IMG/VR virus record: IMGVR_UViG_3300037408_000578
Location: 1-30,562 of that record
DNA from: a virus
Taxonomy: Duplodnaviria > Caudoviricetes
Direction: 5' to 3' (one strand)
Length of the DNA: 30,562 bases
Shown here: positions 1 to 9,210 of the stretch, in pieces
Layout: each line of letters starts with the position of its first letter
Position numbering within the stretch: position 1 is the stretch's first letter
Position numbers and translations under genes: made by a program
Notes under the pieces: generated by a model
The model's input: only the letters and a program-made list of their open reading frames with translations
Told to the model about the DNA's origin: nothing
Databases searched by the model: none

Positions 1-204
1 TCTTCTAATAACAGTTCCATAATCTTTATCCATTCTATTTAGAACACACTCAAAAGCATCTGTAAGGAGTCCACAAGCGATTTGAATTTTTTCTGTTTCA
101 TTTGGTGTTAGATATTTTTCTCCCCATTTTTTTAAGAACACATTTTGAGCATATCCTAATAGAACACCGAAGGTAACAAATTCTGTTCTTTGTTCAGCGT
201 TCAT
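1..204 (-). CDS. hypothetical protein, 3' end outside window
   Basis: Not in the ORF track. Manual translation from ATG at 204 (MNAEQRTEFVTFGVLLGYAQNVFLKKWGEK...) stays open to position 1; overlaps the end of the upstream ORF by 11 nt, consistent with translational coupling. Confidence 0.7.
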   Translation of the reverse strand, partial: MNAEQRTEFVTFGVLLGYAQNVFLKKWGEKYLTPNETEKIQIACGLLTDAFECVLNRMDKDYGTVIRR

Positions 205-436
205 GTAATTCTTCATAAAAATTTTTCTCCAATCTTGCTCTAGCATAATATCCTACATACCAATCAGGTCTTTTCGTAGGGTCTAACTCTTTTCCTTCTT
301 TTTTTGCTAAGTAACCCTCAAGCCACTCAGGAGGGAAAGGACAGTATTCTTCTTCTCCTTTTGTAATATCACATCCACCTAAATAGTATGTTTGACATGT
401 TATACAATATTTAGTGCAATCAGATCCTATTCTCAT
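194..436 (-). CDS. small Cys-rich hypothetical protein
   Basis: 80-aa ORF, GAGGG RBS upstream, N-terminal CTKYCITC...C...C cluster. Confidence 0.65.
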   Translation of the reverse strand: MRIGSDCTKYCITCQTYYLGGCDITKGEEEYCPFPPEWLEGYLAKKEGKELDPTKRPDWYVGYYARARLEKNFYEELHER

Positions 437-444
437 TTTCCCTC

Positions 445-693
445 CTAGTATTCAAGTTCAATTTTATCATTTATGCTTATTTGCTTCCCTCTTGTACTGA
501 AAGAATACCCACAAGAGGGGCATTTTATTCTTGCAAATTGTAAATCAACACAATCTATAATTTTTGAGTATTCTTCTGTCTTTCCATAATCTAAAACATC
601 AAACTCTACATTACAAACAGGACATTCCACATAGGCTGTTCTTATTCTTGGAATTTCACACTCAACCTTAAATTTTATTGGTGTCTTGCTCAT
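445..693 (-). CDS. zinc-ribbon-like protein
   Basis: Two CxxC pairs (CPVC, CPSC); AAGGGGG RBS-like sequence upstream. Confidence 0.7.
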   Translation of the reverse strand: MSKTPIKFKVECEIPRIRTAYVECPVCNVEFDVLDYGKTEEYSKIIDCVDLQFARIKCPSCGYSFSTRGKQISINDKIELEY

Positions 694-708
694 ATTAATT
701 CCCCCTTG

Positions 709-1158
709 TTATTTTATATTCTCCAATTCTGTTCTTAGGGTTTTAAGTAATTCCCCTAACCTATTTTTACCTCTACCACCCCAGTACATATCTGTAGGGG
801 AATCTTCCATAAGGTCACAAGTACCAGTAGAGAGAAGAAGCATTTTAAGTTTTTTATTTTGAGTAAATTTAGCTTTAAGGGCTTTATACACTATATCTTC
901 CCTAACTTCCTCCCAATCATCTCTTATCTTCATACTATCCACCAATTTTTTTATTGTGGTAGTTTTATGTGTATTTCTGATTAGTTCTTGTTCAGACTCA
1001 TCCAATGATTTTTTTGCTTGTACATAGTGTTCTACAGTTCTCCACCATCTACCATCAAGCTCAAAAGAGCTTGGGTAGAAGTTAGAGAGTTCAAAAAAAC
1101 TCTGTGAACGTGAGTAAAATTTAATTGTATTATTTGAAAATCCCATAAGTAGCCTCAC
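709..1158 (-). CDS. NADAR family (YbiA/DUF1768) protein
   Basis: Family motifs LSNFYPS, TVEHYVQAKK, RDDWE, KAKFTQN, LLSTG, EDSPTDMYWG, GKNRLGELL. True start may be the ATG at 1146. Confidence 0.92.
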   Translation of the reverse strand: MRLLMGFSNNTIKFYSRSQSFFELSNFYPSSFELDGRWWRTVEHYVQAKKSLDESEQELIRNTHKTTTIKKLVDSMKIRDDWEEVREDIVYKALKAKFTQNKKLKMLLLSTGTCDLMEDSPTDMYWGGRGKNRLGELLKTLRTELENIK

Positions 1159-1166
1159 TTTTTTAT

Positions 1167-1493
1167 TTAAAGTTGTATATCTACTCCCGCTAATTTTAAT
1201 ATATGTTTTATATTTGTACCCCTAAATTTAAAATCTAGGTTAGCGTGAGGTCTTATAGTACCTTCCAGAGTTAAATACTTGTTAGGTATCCATAATTTTT
1301 GAATAGTATCATTTATAGAGTATCTTTTAGCTTTTCTATCGGTATAATCCATATTTACTAATCTTAAAGGAATACCTTTATAATATTGAAGTTCAAAGTT
1401 ATAATCACCCTCTTGAACCTCATAAAAATCCTCCCCTAATAATGCTTCTTCTCCCCATGCAATATCTTCTAAGTATTCTGCCTCATCTCCCAT
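1167..1493 (-). CDS. hypothetical protein
   Basis: 108-aa ORF, AAGGGGT RBS, tight packing with neighbours. Confidence 0.7.
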   Translation of the reverse strand: MGDEAEYLEDIAWGEEALLGEDFYEVQEGDYNFELQYYKGIPLRLVNMDYTDRKAKRYSINDTIQKLWIPNKYLTLEGTIRPHANLDFKFRGTNIKHILKLAGVDIQL

Positions 1494-1515
1494 GACATAT
1501 CTACCCCTTCCAACT

Positions 1516-3771
1516 TTAGAAATACACTTTTACTTTGTCTGTTTTAACTATTAGGGTGTTACCTTCATTTACATATTGATAATTTCCTTTACCATCAGAA
1601 ATTAAGTCTTCAAACCAGTCTCCTGTTAAGACTTTAGCTATTTTCATAGAACACATATCTATTCTCAAATTTAAGAGTTCTTTAGCAATAGTTTTTATTT
1701 CTTCTCTAAAAAACTCTAACTCATTAGGGAATACTATTAGATCATCTAAGATAGATATAGGTTTTTCTTCTGTTGTAAGACCTTGATTAATTCTTTGTTG
1801 TAAGTCCATGAGATAGTCCTTCATAAGAGTAGCAGGTCCGTTTAATTTACCCCCTTCTTTAACTTTTTTGATTACATCGGGTACAGAGGGTAAAGAAGAA
1901 TATCCCTTGAGAGTGAAAGTAAGTTCTCTAGTCTCATAAAAATCATCTTCCTTTTTCTGAGCTTTTTCATTATCTATACCAACATATCTAAGACTACTAT
2001 CAAGACCATGTTCTTTTAAAACATCAAATTGTTCTGGAGTGTATTGTTTAGACACATAAGTGCTGTCATAATCTACACGACCCTCCATAATTTTTAAGAA
2101 GTAATTAGCAACCTTCTGGTTTGCTTCTAGCTGAGTTATTTTTAAGGTATGTGAAAGTACATTACCTATCAAGCTACTCTCTGTTAGATAACTCCTATTT
2201 ATCACAGGAAGGGTTTTTAGATTTAGAGTAACAATATATCTTTCAAGAAGTCTTAACTGTTCAATATCTTCTAGAAGGTTAGGAATATTTAAGTCCTGTA
2301 AAGTTGTTAGGGTTTTCTTGTCTAGGATAACCTTAATTTTTTCAATATTTAAGTTTCCATCACTTATGATGGTTTGAGTTCGAAACTCACAGCTATCAAT
2401 CTCTTTAGGAAGTCCTACCTTATTAGCTTGTATAGGATTTAGTGTTACCTTACCTAAGATTTTTGACCTTACTGAGATGTTAAGTCTTTCTTTGTTAAAA
2501 ACTAACTCTTTAATAGGTGTTGTAGTAGGCTCATCTAATTTTTTGAAAAGATTAAATTTATCGGTTACTTGTAGTCCAGTTCTTTTATAATTTTTAGTAT
2601 AGATGTAGTAGTTATCACCTTCTACAAGAGTTTTTAGTATATCCATAATACAAGTAGCATTATCTTTAGGTATATAATTCTCATCACAAGAACCCTCCAA
2701 CAGTCTACCTTTTGTAGAAAATACTGCTTTTTTAAAGAGTTTCATATAATCAGCACACTCATCAAAAGTAAAGGCTTTGAATTGCTCATCTACAAGCTTT
2801 TTATCTTGTAAATTGTTTACAAGTATATCAAGGGCATATTTTCTATTTCCTTTATAATAATTTTCATAAGCATAAGCATAAGTGATAGTATTTAAAGTAT
2901 CTTTAGGGATTTTTGATGTTATAGAAGTGAGATCATACTCAACCCCATTTAAGGTGAATTTTTCAGTACTTGAATCAAGAACAAGAATAAATTGGTTCTT
3001 TTTCTTTTCTAACATTTTAAGAGTTAGGGTATCCTGTGTCATTTTAGAGGTTTTACTATTAAGATATAATATTTCTGTAGTAGGTGCTGAAACTTCCACG
3101 TAATCTAGGCAGAGTTCTGTAATTCTCTCATAGTTATGAGAGAATATGTCTGAATAATCCCCAATAGTACTTGAGTGTATCATTTGACCAAATTCTGACT
3201 TAGCTGAGATATCTTTTAGGAACTTTTCATTATAATGGTTTCCGTATCCTACAGTGTTTATGGCTACTACTTTATCTTTCCAAGAGTCTATAGCTGAGAA
3301 GACTCTTTTTTCTTCTTCTTCCTCACCCCAAGGTACAACAGCTTGACCATCAGTAAAGAGTGTGATACTAAAATTGGGGCATATAGTTTGAAGGTCATTA
3401 ATAATTTCCCCTACCTCAGTAAAAGAGTCTGAGAAGCAGGTACATCCTACAGTACTTTTAATACTATCTAGTAGAGGGAAAAGACCTACATCTTTTTTAG
3501 CTCCTCTTATTAAGGTTTTGTATTGTCCTTCTGATCCAAACCAAATAATACTTACATAGTCATTATCAGATATGAAGTTTATAGTTTGTTTAACATTCTC
3601 TATTAGTTCGTCAATATTACCTGACATGCTATGGGAACGGTCTAATATCTGTATATGATGAAGACAATCCACACTTACCTGTTCTGTCATTTCCTGCTCA
3701 GTCTTATAGTTTATAACCACCACAGTTTTGGGTATATTCCCAAGATTTATAGTACTTTTATACATGTTCAT
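1516..3771 (-). CDS. large vWA (von Willebrand A) domain protein
   Basis: N-terminal MIDAS motif ILDRSHSM, ITLFTDG, INTVGYG; long C-terminal region of unknown fold; ATGA overlap with the upstream gene. Confidence 0.85.
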   Translation of the reverse strand: MNMYKSTINLGNIPKTVVVINYKTEQEMTEQVSVDCLHHIQILDRSHSMSGNIDELIENVKQTINFISDNDYVSIIWFGSEGQYKTLIRGAKKDVGLFPLLDSIKSTVGCTCFSDSFTEVGEIINDLQTICPNFSITLFTDGQAVVPWGEEEEEKRVFSAIDSWKDKVVAINTVGYGNHYNEKFLKDISAKSEFGQMIHSSTIGDYSDIFSHNYERITELCLDYVEVSAPTTEILYLNSKTSKMTQDTLTLKMLEKKKNQFILVLDSSTEKFTLNGVEYDLTSITSKIPKDTLNTITYAYAYENYYKGNRKYALDILVNNLQDKKLVDEQFKAFTFDECADYMKLFKKAVFSTKGRLLEGSCDENYIPKDNATCIMDILKTLVEGDNYYIYTKNYKRTGLQVTDKFNLFKKLDEPTTTPIKELVFNKERLNISVRSKILGKVTLNPIQANKVGLPKEIDSCEFRTQTIISDGNLNIEKIKVILDKKTLTTLQDLNIPNLLEDIEQLRLLERYIVTLNLKTLPVINRSYLTESSLIGNVLSHTLKITQLEANQKVANYFLKIMEGRVDYDSTYVSKQYTPEQFDVLKEHGLDSSLRYVGIDNEKAQKKEDDFYETRELTFTLKGYSSLPSVPDVIKKVKEGGKLNGPATLMKDYLMDLQQRINQGLTTEEKPISILDDLIVFPNELEFFREEIKTIAKELLNLRIDMCSMKIAKVLTGDWFEDLISDGKGNYQYVNEGNTLIVKTDKVKVYF

Positions 3772-4760
3772 ACTAAATCATCCTCCTCTAAAATAATTCC
3801 CTCAATTAGGGCTAGTTCTTTTTTATAACTGTTTAGTTTGTAGTAATCAATAAGGTATACAGCATTATCTCTATCAGGTATTCTAATAGTAAAATCATAT
3901 TCCTTCATTTTCATTATAGCATAATTACTTTTAAATTTTGAGAAGTCGTTATTAATAATATCAAGATGTTTCTGTATTTTAGGGTTTCTTTCTAAAAAGT
4001 CATTATCAGGTGGTACGATACAAGTATCTGTTACAATACACTCCTCAGCTATAATAGAAGCAATCTTAGAAGGAAATCTAGGATATCCTTTAATATTATC
4101 TGAAGTATCTCCACCAGCAATAGATCTAAACATAGCGATTCTATCAGGACGTACCCCGCTAAAAGTTTCCCTAACTATAGTTTCATTAACTATATCGGCT
4201 TTTTTCATCCAATCCTTACCTGTTCCAAACTTCCGTATCATAAGAATTTTATCGTTGACACATTGCATAAGATCTTTATCCATAGCATAGATATAAATGT
4301 TTTTATCTATGTTATTCTTTTTTTGTAGGGTATCTAGGGTTCTAGAGATGTTATATATTGTATCATCAGCCTCATACTTAGAGTTATAAGATACAAACAC
4401 ACCTGAGAGCATAGCTGATAATTTTATAATATCATCGGTATTTTTATGAACACTTACATCCTTTTCAGGTCTATTAGATTTATAATCTGAGTTTTCTAGT
4501 TCTCTTTCTCTATCGTACCCATCTATAGCTATTATTATAGCTGGGTTTACAAACTTTCTTTTAAGATAAACAAGCATTTTCAAAAATCCGTATATATGAC
4601 CTGTAGGTATTTCTTTTCCCATATGATTTATGCTTAACATTCTATGAGCATAAGCGAATCTATATAAGTGTTGGGAAGCATCTAAAATAATTGTTGTGCT
4701 GTAGTTGTTTACGATATTAAAGATATTTAATTTTGTAGTTTCATCTAGATTAGGTTTCAT
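3768..4760 (-). CDS. 5'-3' exonuclease / flap endonuclease (T4 RNase H, T5 D15, PolI N-terminal family)
   Basis: Motifs ILDAS..LYR, AIDG, YKSNR, EADD, DKDL, GDTSDNIKG (H3TH). Confidence 0.92.
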   Translation of the reverse strand: MKPNLDETTKLNIFNIVNNYSTTIILDASQHLYRFAYAHRMLSINHMGKEIPTGHIYGFLKMLVYLKRKFVNPAIIIAIDGYDRERELENSDYKSNRPEKDVSVHKNTDDIIKLSAMLSGVFVSYNSKYEADDTIYNISRTLDTLQKKNNIDKNIYIYAMDKDLMQCVNDKILMIRKFGTGKDWMKKADIVNETIVRETFSGVRPDRIAMFRSIAGGDTSDNIKGYPRFPSKIASIIAEECIVTDTCIVPPDNDFLERNPKIQKHLDIINNDFSKFKSNYAIMKMKEYDFTIRIPDRDNAVYLIDYYKLNSYKKELALIEGIILEEDDLV

Positions 4761-4766
4761 AAATCC

Positions 4767-5369
4767 TTACTCATTCCTTCCCATTTTTAAAAATTCTTCA
4801 AATCTGTCCAATAGAAGTTCCTCTACATCTAGAGAGTTTTCTATTAGGGTAAAGAGTATATCTGTTATACCGTATAAAGTACTAAGGGACAATAATCTTT
4901 GTACCCCTCTAGGAGAAAGTCTCACACTACAAAGACTTTCAAAAGTACTTATCAATCTTCGCTCTATAACACTTCCTGTAGTAGAAATACCATACTCTAA
5001 GGTATTTCTTAGACACCCTATCAAGTATCCCAAGTTCTTTTTTTCTTTTGAGGATTTCCGTCCTACCATAGAAATTTTAGATGCAACAAACTCCAAACCA
5101 TTTAACCCTCTAGTATCAAAGAGTTTTACATACTCATAAAGAGTATCTTTAATAAGTTCTTCTTCCTTATAGATATCAGTCATATTATCTCTGTAGTACT
5201 CATACAAAAGATTTAAATCATCATCCAAATTTCCAGAGAATCCTAGCTTAACTGTATAATATCCATCAAGAGATACATTACTTTGTCCAAATATAAAATC
5301 CTTTTGTGGAATCTCTATAGAACAAGAATCTACACCTACAATAGATTCTTTAGAGTATACACTAGTCAA
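4767..5369 (-). CDS. putative DnaD/DnaB_2-like domain replication protein
   Basis: KKNLGYLIGCLRNTLEYGI resembles the DnaD YxxxIxxxW helix; FESLCSVRLSPRGVQRLLSLSTLYG resembles the FE..fgr.LSP start of a DnaD domain; adjacent to the exonuclease. TTG start with G-rich RBS. Confidence 0.5.
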   Translation of the reverse strand: MTSVYSKESIVGVDSCSIEIPQKDFIFGQSNVSLDGYYTVKLGFSGNLDDDLNLLYEYYRDNMTDIYKEEELIKDTLYEYVKLFDTRGLNGLEFVASKISMVGRKSSKEKKNLGYLIGCLRNTLEYGISTTGSVIERRLISTFESLCSVRLSPRGVQRLLSLSTLYGITDILFTLIENSLDVEELLLDRFEEFLKMGRNE

Positions 5370-5387
5370 AAATTCACCCCCCCTACT

Positions 5388-5426
5388 AAAATAAAATATA
5401 CAGAGATTATTTTAACCTCTGTATAT
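5388..5426 (-). terminator. intrinsic terminator
   Basis: Minus strand ATATACAGAGGTTA-AAA-TAATCTCTGTATAT hairpin followed by TTTATTTT, just downstream of the 5448 stop. Confidence 0.7.
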
Positions 5427-5447
5427 AGGTACGTAAAAATCCTATAT

Positions 5448-5783
5448 TTATTTCTTATATACCAAATCTTTTTCATCTACAAAAATTTCCCCATTAGCCA
5501 CTTTAGCCATCTGAGAAGCATATTTTATAAGTTTTTTTCGAGCTAAGGCTATTTGTTTAGGGGAAAGATATCCTTTTTCTTTTAGTTGTCGAGCAAAAGA
5601 GGATAGTATTACAGAATCAGTACCATTAAAACCAACACCATTTAAATATCTTGTATTCTCATCTCTTTTCTCATCAGAAGTCTGTAAAGCAAATACCACA
5701 AGTAATCCTCTCCTAACCATCTCATCACTGGTCTGAAGTAACTCTTTTAGTTTTTCCTTACTCCACACTTTTGTGATTTCCAT
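5448..5783 (-). CDS. conserved phage hypothetical protein (NGVGFN...LSPKQ motif)
   Basis: ATG at 5783 follows the RBS GAGGAGGGG (ORF track extends to 5801). The motif NGVGFNGTD...LSPKQIALARKKLIKY resembles a small helical domain I recall at the C-terminus of some phage SNF2-like helicases; unverified. Confidence 0.75.
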   Translation of the reverse strand: MEITKVWSKEKLKELLQTSDEMVRRGLLVVFALQTSDEKRDENTRYLNGVGFNGTDSVILSSFARQLKEKGYLSPKQIALARKKLIKYASQMAKVANGEIFVDEKDLVYKK

Positions 5784-5832
5784 AAGAAATCCCCTCCTCA
5801 ATTAACTAACCACAATATTACCCCACAATTAA

Positions 5833-5861
5833 ATTATACCATAGCCTCACTATTTTGTCAA
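5833..5861 (-). promoter_or_regulatory. consensus sigmaA/sigma70 promoter
   Basis: Minus strand TTGACA (5861-5856), 17-nt spacer ending TGG, TATAAT (5838-5833): perfect -35/-10 plus extended -10 TG. Confidence 0.9.
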
Positions 5862-5870
5862 GATGATATA

Positions 5871-5899
5871 GAAATAACAGGATAGCATCACTATCCTGT
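5871..5899 (-). terminator. probable terminator closing the head-gene operon
   Basis: Perfect 9-bp stem ACAGGATAG-TGATG-CTATCCTGT followed by TATTTC. Confidence 0.6.
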
Positions 5900-5932
5900 A
5901 GAAAGAGGTATATATAAGTAATACATTAGGGG

Positions 5933-6397
5933 TTATTTAAGAGTATTTTTAACGGCTTGTTTAAAGTCTTCGATTATCCCTAAGAGTTCTTGTTTATCTT
6001 CTAGGGATACTCCTTCGAGTATATAATCATTCATTTTACCAGAGCAGTAGTAAGTGAAGAGCCCACGAACTACACTAGAATAGTCTTTAGTTTCATTAAG
6101 AATTACAAGGCTTTCGTAAAGGGTATCCAGATATTTATTTAGATCTACTTTTTTTATAGTTTCTATTTCAAGTCCACCAGAATTTATGTTATTAGTTTTT
6201 ATTATGTTCTCTGTAAGAGTCTCTGTGGATTTTCTTTTATTCATAGAAGCAAAAGCTCCACCACCCTGTTCTTGAATTCTACTAGGGCGATTATATATAG
6301 CATCAGTACCTTTTTCCTCTGTAATTTGTCTTACTTTTTGGAAAATATCTTTTGAGGCTGTTCCTTGACCTCTTAGTTTCGTAATATCTTTTGCCAT
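5933..6397 (-). CDS. hypothetical protein, possible internal head protein
   Basis: 154-aa ORF, AGGAGGA RBS within the end of the upstream gene; several (I/L)-x-E sites (LTE, LYE, LNE, ILE). Confidence 0.75.
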   Translation of the reverse strand: MAKDITKLRGQGTASKDIFQKVRQITEEKGTDAIYNRPSRIQEQGGGAFASMNKRKSTETLTENIIKTNNINSGGLEIETIKKVDLNKYLDTLYESLVILNETKDYSSVVRGLFTYYCSGKMNDYILEGVSLEDKQELLGIIEDFKQAVKNTLK

Positions 6398-6400
6398 AAA

Positions 6401-7276
6401 TTATTCCTCCTGAGCAAGGTCTAGAAGCTCGTCTAAAGCGTTAATAAGTTTATTTGCTATATCTTTTAAATCTGATGAGAGAGTTCTCAGATCAATTTTA
6501 AGGTTTATGAATACAATTTCTTTAGTATTTTCATAGCTTTCAAGAGAGTCTGGGTAGCTTTCGAATCCTAAGAACATATTATTTTTCATATGTTTTTTAA
6601 GGACTCTGTTGATGTCTGATTGTTTAAGTTTAGGGGCATTAGGTATAACTACATTAAAATTAAATTCTATTTCATTTTTAAGGGAATCATACTCAAAGGA
6701 TTCAAGTTTAATATCTGTTTGTAGGCTATTTCTTGTTAATAGGGTTACTGTTTTAATAAATGTTTGAAATTTTGAGTCAAGGTCTTTAACAGCTACACCT
6801 TCAATAACTTTAACCATACCTATATTAGCAATTTTATTTTTTAGAAGTTTAGAGTTTTCCACAGCTTTTTTAAACTCATTAAAAGCTGATGTACCGTAAA
6901 CTACAATATAATAATTCTGTCCTACAGAATCCATTTCATTTTTAGTAATATTTAAAGAATTAAAAAAAGTCCCACCTGACAATTTTCTAAGAGAAACTAA
7001 TCCGAAAGATATCAAGTTAGTTAATATAGAATCAAAATTAGATGTTAGATTTTGTTTCTCCCAAAGGGTTCTCATAAAATTATAAGATAAAGGAAAACTC
7101 AGATTATTATCCTCTAAAAAGAATAATAAAGAGGTAACCAATCCGTCTTCTGTAGCTTCTTCTAGATCAAATTGAAATATAATATCGGAAAGAGATTTTA
7201 AATCCCCATCCGACACTATATATCTTTGAGTTAGAAGAAGTTTTAGAGTATCTAGAAATGCTGATCTAAACTCCAT
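6401..7276 (-). CDS. hypothetical protein
   Basis: 291-aa ORF, AAGGAGGAAGAGGT RBS. Confidence 0.8.
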   Translation of the reverse strand: MEFRSAFLDTLKLLLTQRYIVSDGDLKSLSDIIFQFDLEEATEDGLVTSLLFFLEDNNLSFPLSYNFMRTLWEKQNLTSNFDSILTNLISFGLVSLRKLSGGTFFNSLNITKNEMDSVGQNYYIVVYGTSAFNEFKKAVENSKLLKNKIANIGMVKVIEGVAVKDLDSKFQTFIKTVTLLTRNSLQTDIKLESFEYDSLKNEIEFNFNVVIPNAPKLKQSDINRVLKKHMKNNMFLGFESYPDSLESYENTKEIVFINLKIDLRTLSSDLKDIANKLINALDELLDLAQEE

Positions 7277-7305
7277 ACCTCTTCCTCCTTTATTACTTTT
7301 CTTTA

Positions 7306-8460
7306 TTAGAGTTTAACTTTCTTTCCAGCAAAAGCACTATCAAGAGCTCCAGCTGAAACATTAAATCCTTCACTAATCAAATAAGAACGTGCTCTTATTC
7401 TATTACCAAGTACTACATTCTTTCCATTCTTATTAAAAATATATCCTTTTTCATTTCTAAAAGTTAGTACAGACTCTTCTACATTTGATTCTTCTTCTGT
7501 TTCTTTTTCTTCTGTTTCTTTTTCTTCTGTTTCTTTTTCTTCTGTTTCTTCTTCATCAGGTAACTTAGTAATTTCTTCTCCTGACTCTTTTATTAGGTTA
7601 TCATTAATACAAGTATTTAAGAAAGTTTCATCTACAATCATACCACTAACAAAGCTTTTACCATCTCTAGATATTTCAAGTTTAATATCTTTATCTTTTA
7701 CAAAGCTTAAGCAATCTCCACTTTCTAGTGCTATCTTTCTTTTATTTTCTCCAGAGCCTTCTACAATATCAAAACCTTCTTTAACTTCATATCCTATAGC
7801 AAGGTTAACAGAGTCTTGTACTCTAGCTTTTCTAATTCTCATAGTTTTTTTAGCCATCAATTTAGCTTTTCCAGTATGAGCTTTTCTACCAGCTTTTATA
7901 GCATTTTTTCTCATCTTAGCTAGGGATGCAGCTGAGATTTTAACATATTTAGTTCCAACTCTTTTAAATCCTTTTTTAGCTTTGATTTTAAATTTTTTCA
8001 TTTTTCCATGAGAGAATTTCACAAATGCTTCATCAATATGAGTACCTTCATAAGTAATTTCTTCTTCTGGAATAATGTCCATATAACCCTCAGAAACTAA
8101 TTCATCTATTTCATCCTGAGCAACTACTAGTTCTGTTTCTATTACTTCTGAGTTTTCGTCATATATATCTACTAAAAATAATCCTTCTGTCTCACCAGGA
8201 TTCATTACCATAAAACAACCTTCGGCTACATCAATCTCATCACCAGCAAGAGTTTCAAGTGTAAAGTCTGTATTAACACCAAGAACAGCACCTACCTCAA
8301 CATCAACCATCATACCGCCATCTTCCATACCTTCCATATCGTCCATCTCATTTAGGGATTTTAGATTACTCATAATATCTTCCATAGTATTTATAACTCT
8401 TTGTCCCCTAAGGATTTCATTTTCTAGTATTTTAGCTATACTTCTTTTATTCATTATCAA
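7306..8460 (-). CDS. probable prohead core / internal head protein (T4 gp68-like basic block)
   Basis: Acidic segments separated by LNE/IDE-A/IKE-S/VEE-S sites and a Lys/Arg-rich block (KKFKIKAKKGFKRVG...KAGRKAH...KKTMRIRK) after IDE-A; located in the head cluster; AGGAGG RBS. Confidence 0.55.
   Translation of the reverse strand: MIMNKRSIAKILENEILRGQRVINTMEDIMSNLKSLNEMDDMEGMEDGGMMVDVEVGAVLGVNTDFTLETLAGDEIDVAEGCFMVMNPGETEGLFLVDIYDENSEVIETELVVAQDEIDELVSEGYMDIIPEEEITYEGTHIDEAFVKFSHGKMKKFKIKAKKGFKRVGTKYVKISAASLAKMRKNAIKAGRKAHTGKAKLMAKKTMRIRKARVQDSVNLAIGYEVKEGFDIVEGSGENKRKIALESGDCLSFVKDKDIKLEISRDGKSFVSGMIVDETFLNTCINDNLIKESGEEITKLPDEEETEEKETEEKETEEKETEEESNVEESVLTFRNEKGYIFNKNGKNVVLGNRIRARSYLISEGFNVSAGALDSAFAGKKVKL
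7492..7550. repeat. 15-bp coding tandem repeat (ETEEK)
   Basis: ttcttctgtttcttt repeated about 4 times. Confidence 0.9.
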
Positions 8461-8538
8461 TTCCTCCTATCAAAATTAGTAATTTTTATATGTTTAATTA
8501 AAACTATCTAAATAGATATATAAAGTAGAATATAAAAT

Positions 8539-9189
8539 CTACCTCAAAATATTAAAATATCCCATCGAAGTATCTAATTTAGATTCTAATTCTTGTAGAG
8601 AACTTGAACCTTCTGAGATAAGTTGATCAGCTTCCACTTCAAAAGGACCACTAGAAATTTTATATTTTCCTCTAATTCTTCCTTCTATGACCTTTGTTAC
8701 AGCTACAACATAACTTTCAACCCAACCACGCCACTCAGAATCTAAGTCCATAAAATCCAAATCTTTTTTTATATACTCTATTGCAACATTACCAGAGTAA
8801 TTATCAAGATAAAGAGTATCTTTATCTATGTAATAATCATAAAGCATTATTTTCTCAAGTTCAGCTCTCTGACCTGCTAATCTTGCAGAATCCATGAGTA
8901 TCTGAGTTTGGTCTGCGTAATTAAAAACACCCAAACCAAAAATATCATTAGATGATCCTGAGCTTGTGTCTGTATAGACATTTTTAACTGTTTCAAGGTT
9001 AAGATCTGATATATCTATCTTTCCACCACTAACTACCTTATTAGCTAGAAATGTAGGACAAGCTTTACTTTGACACTTACGTATAGCTCTACTAATCATA
9101 GTATTTATTTGTTCATCTTTCACAAATAGGGTTATTACAGGATGTCCTAATTCAGTTTTAACACTTTCTATAAGATCTAATCGGGTCAT
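8539..9189 (-). CDS. neck / head-completion protein, T4 gp13-like
   Basis: N-terminal LGHPVITLFVKDEQINTMISRAI (cf. gp13 LGAPIINVELTPDQI) and C-terminal WVESYVVAVTKVIEGRIRGKY...QLISEG (cf. WVKDYATALAK...G...LIEEA); downstream of the capsid gene. Confidence 0.8.
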   Translation of the reverse strand: MTRLDLIESVKTELGHPVITLFVKDEQINTMISRAIRKCQSKACPTFLANKVVSGGKIDISDLNLETVKNVYTDTSSGSSNDIFGLGVFNYADQTQILMDSARLAGQRAELEKIMLYDYYIDKDTLYLDNYSGNVAIEYIKKDLDFMDLDSEWRGWVESYVVAVTKVIEGRIRGKYKISSGPFEVEADQLISEGSSSLQELESKLDTSMGYFNILR

Positions 9190-9210
9190 GTATAATCACA
9201 CCCCTTTACA

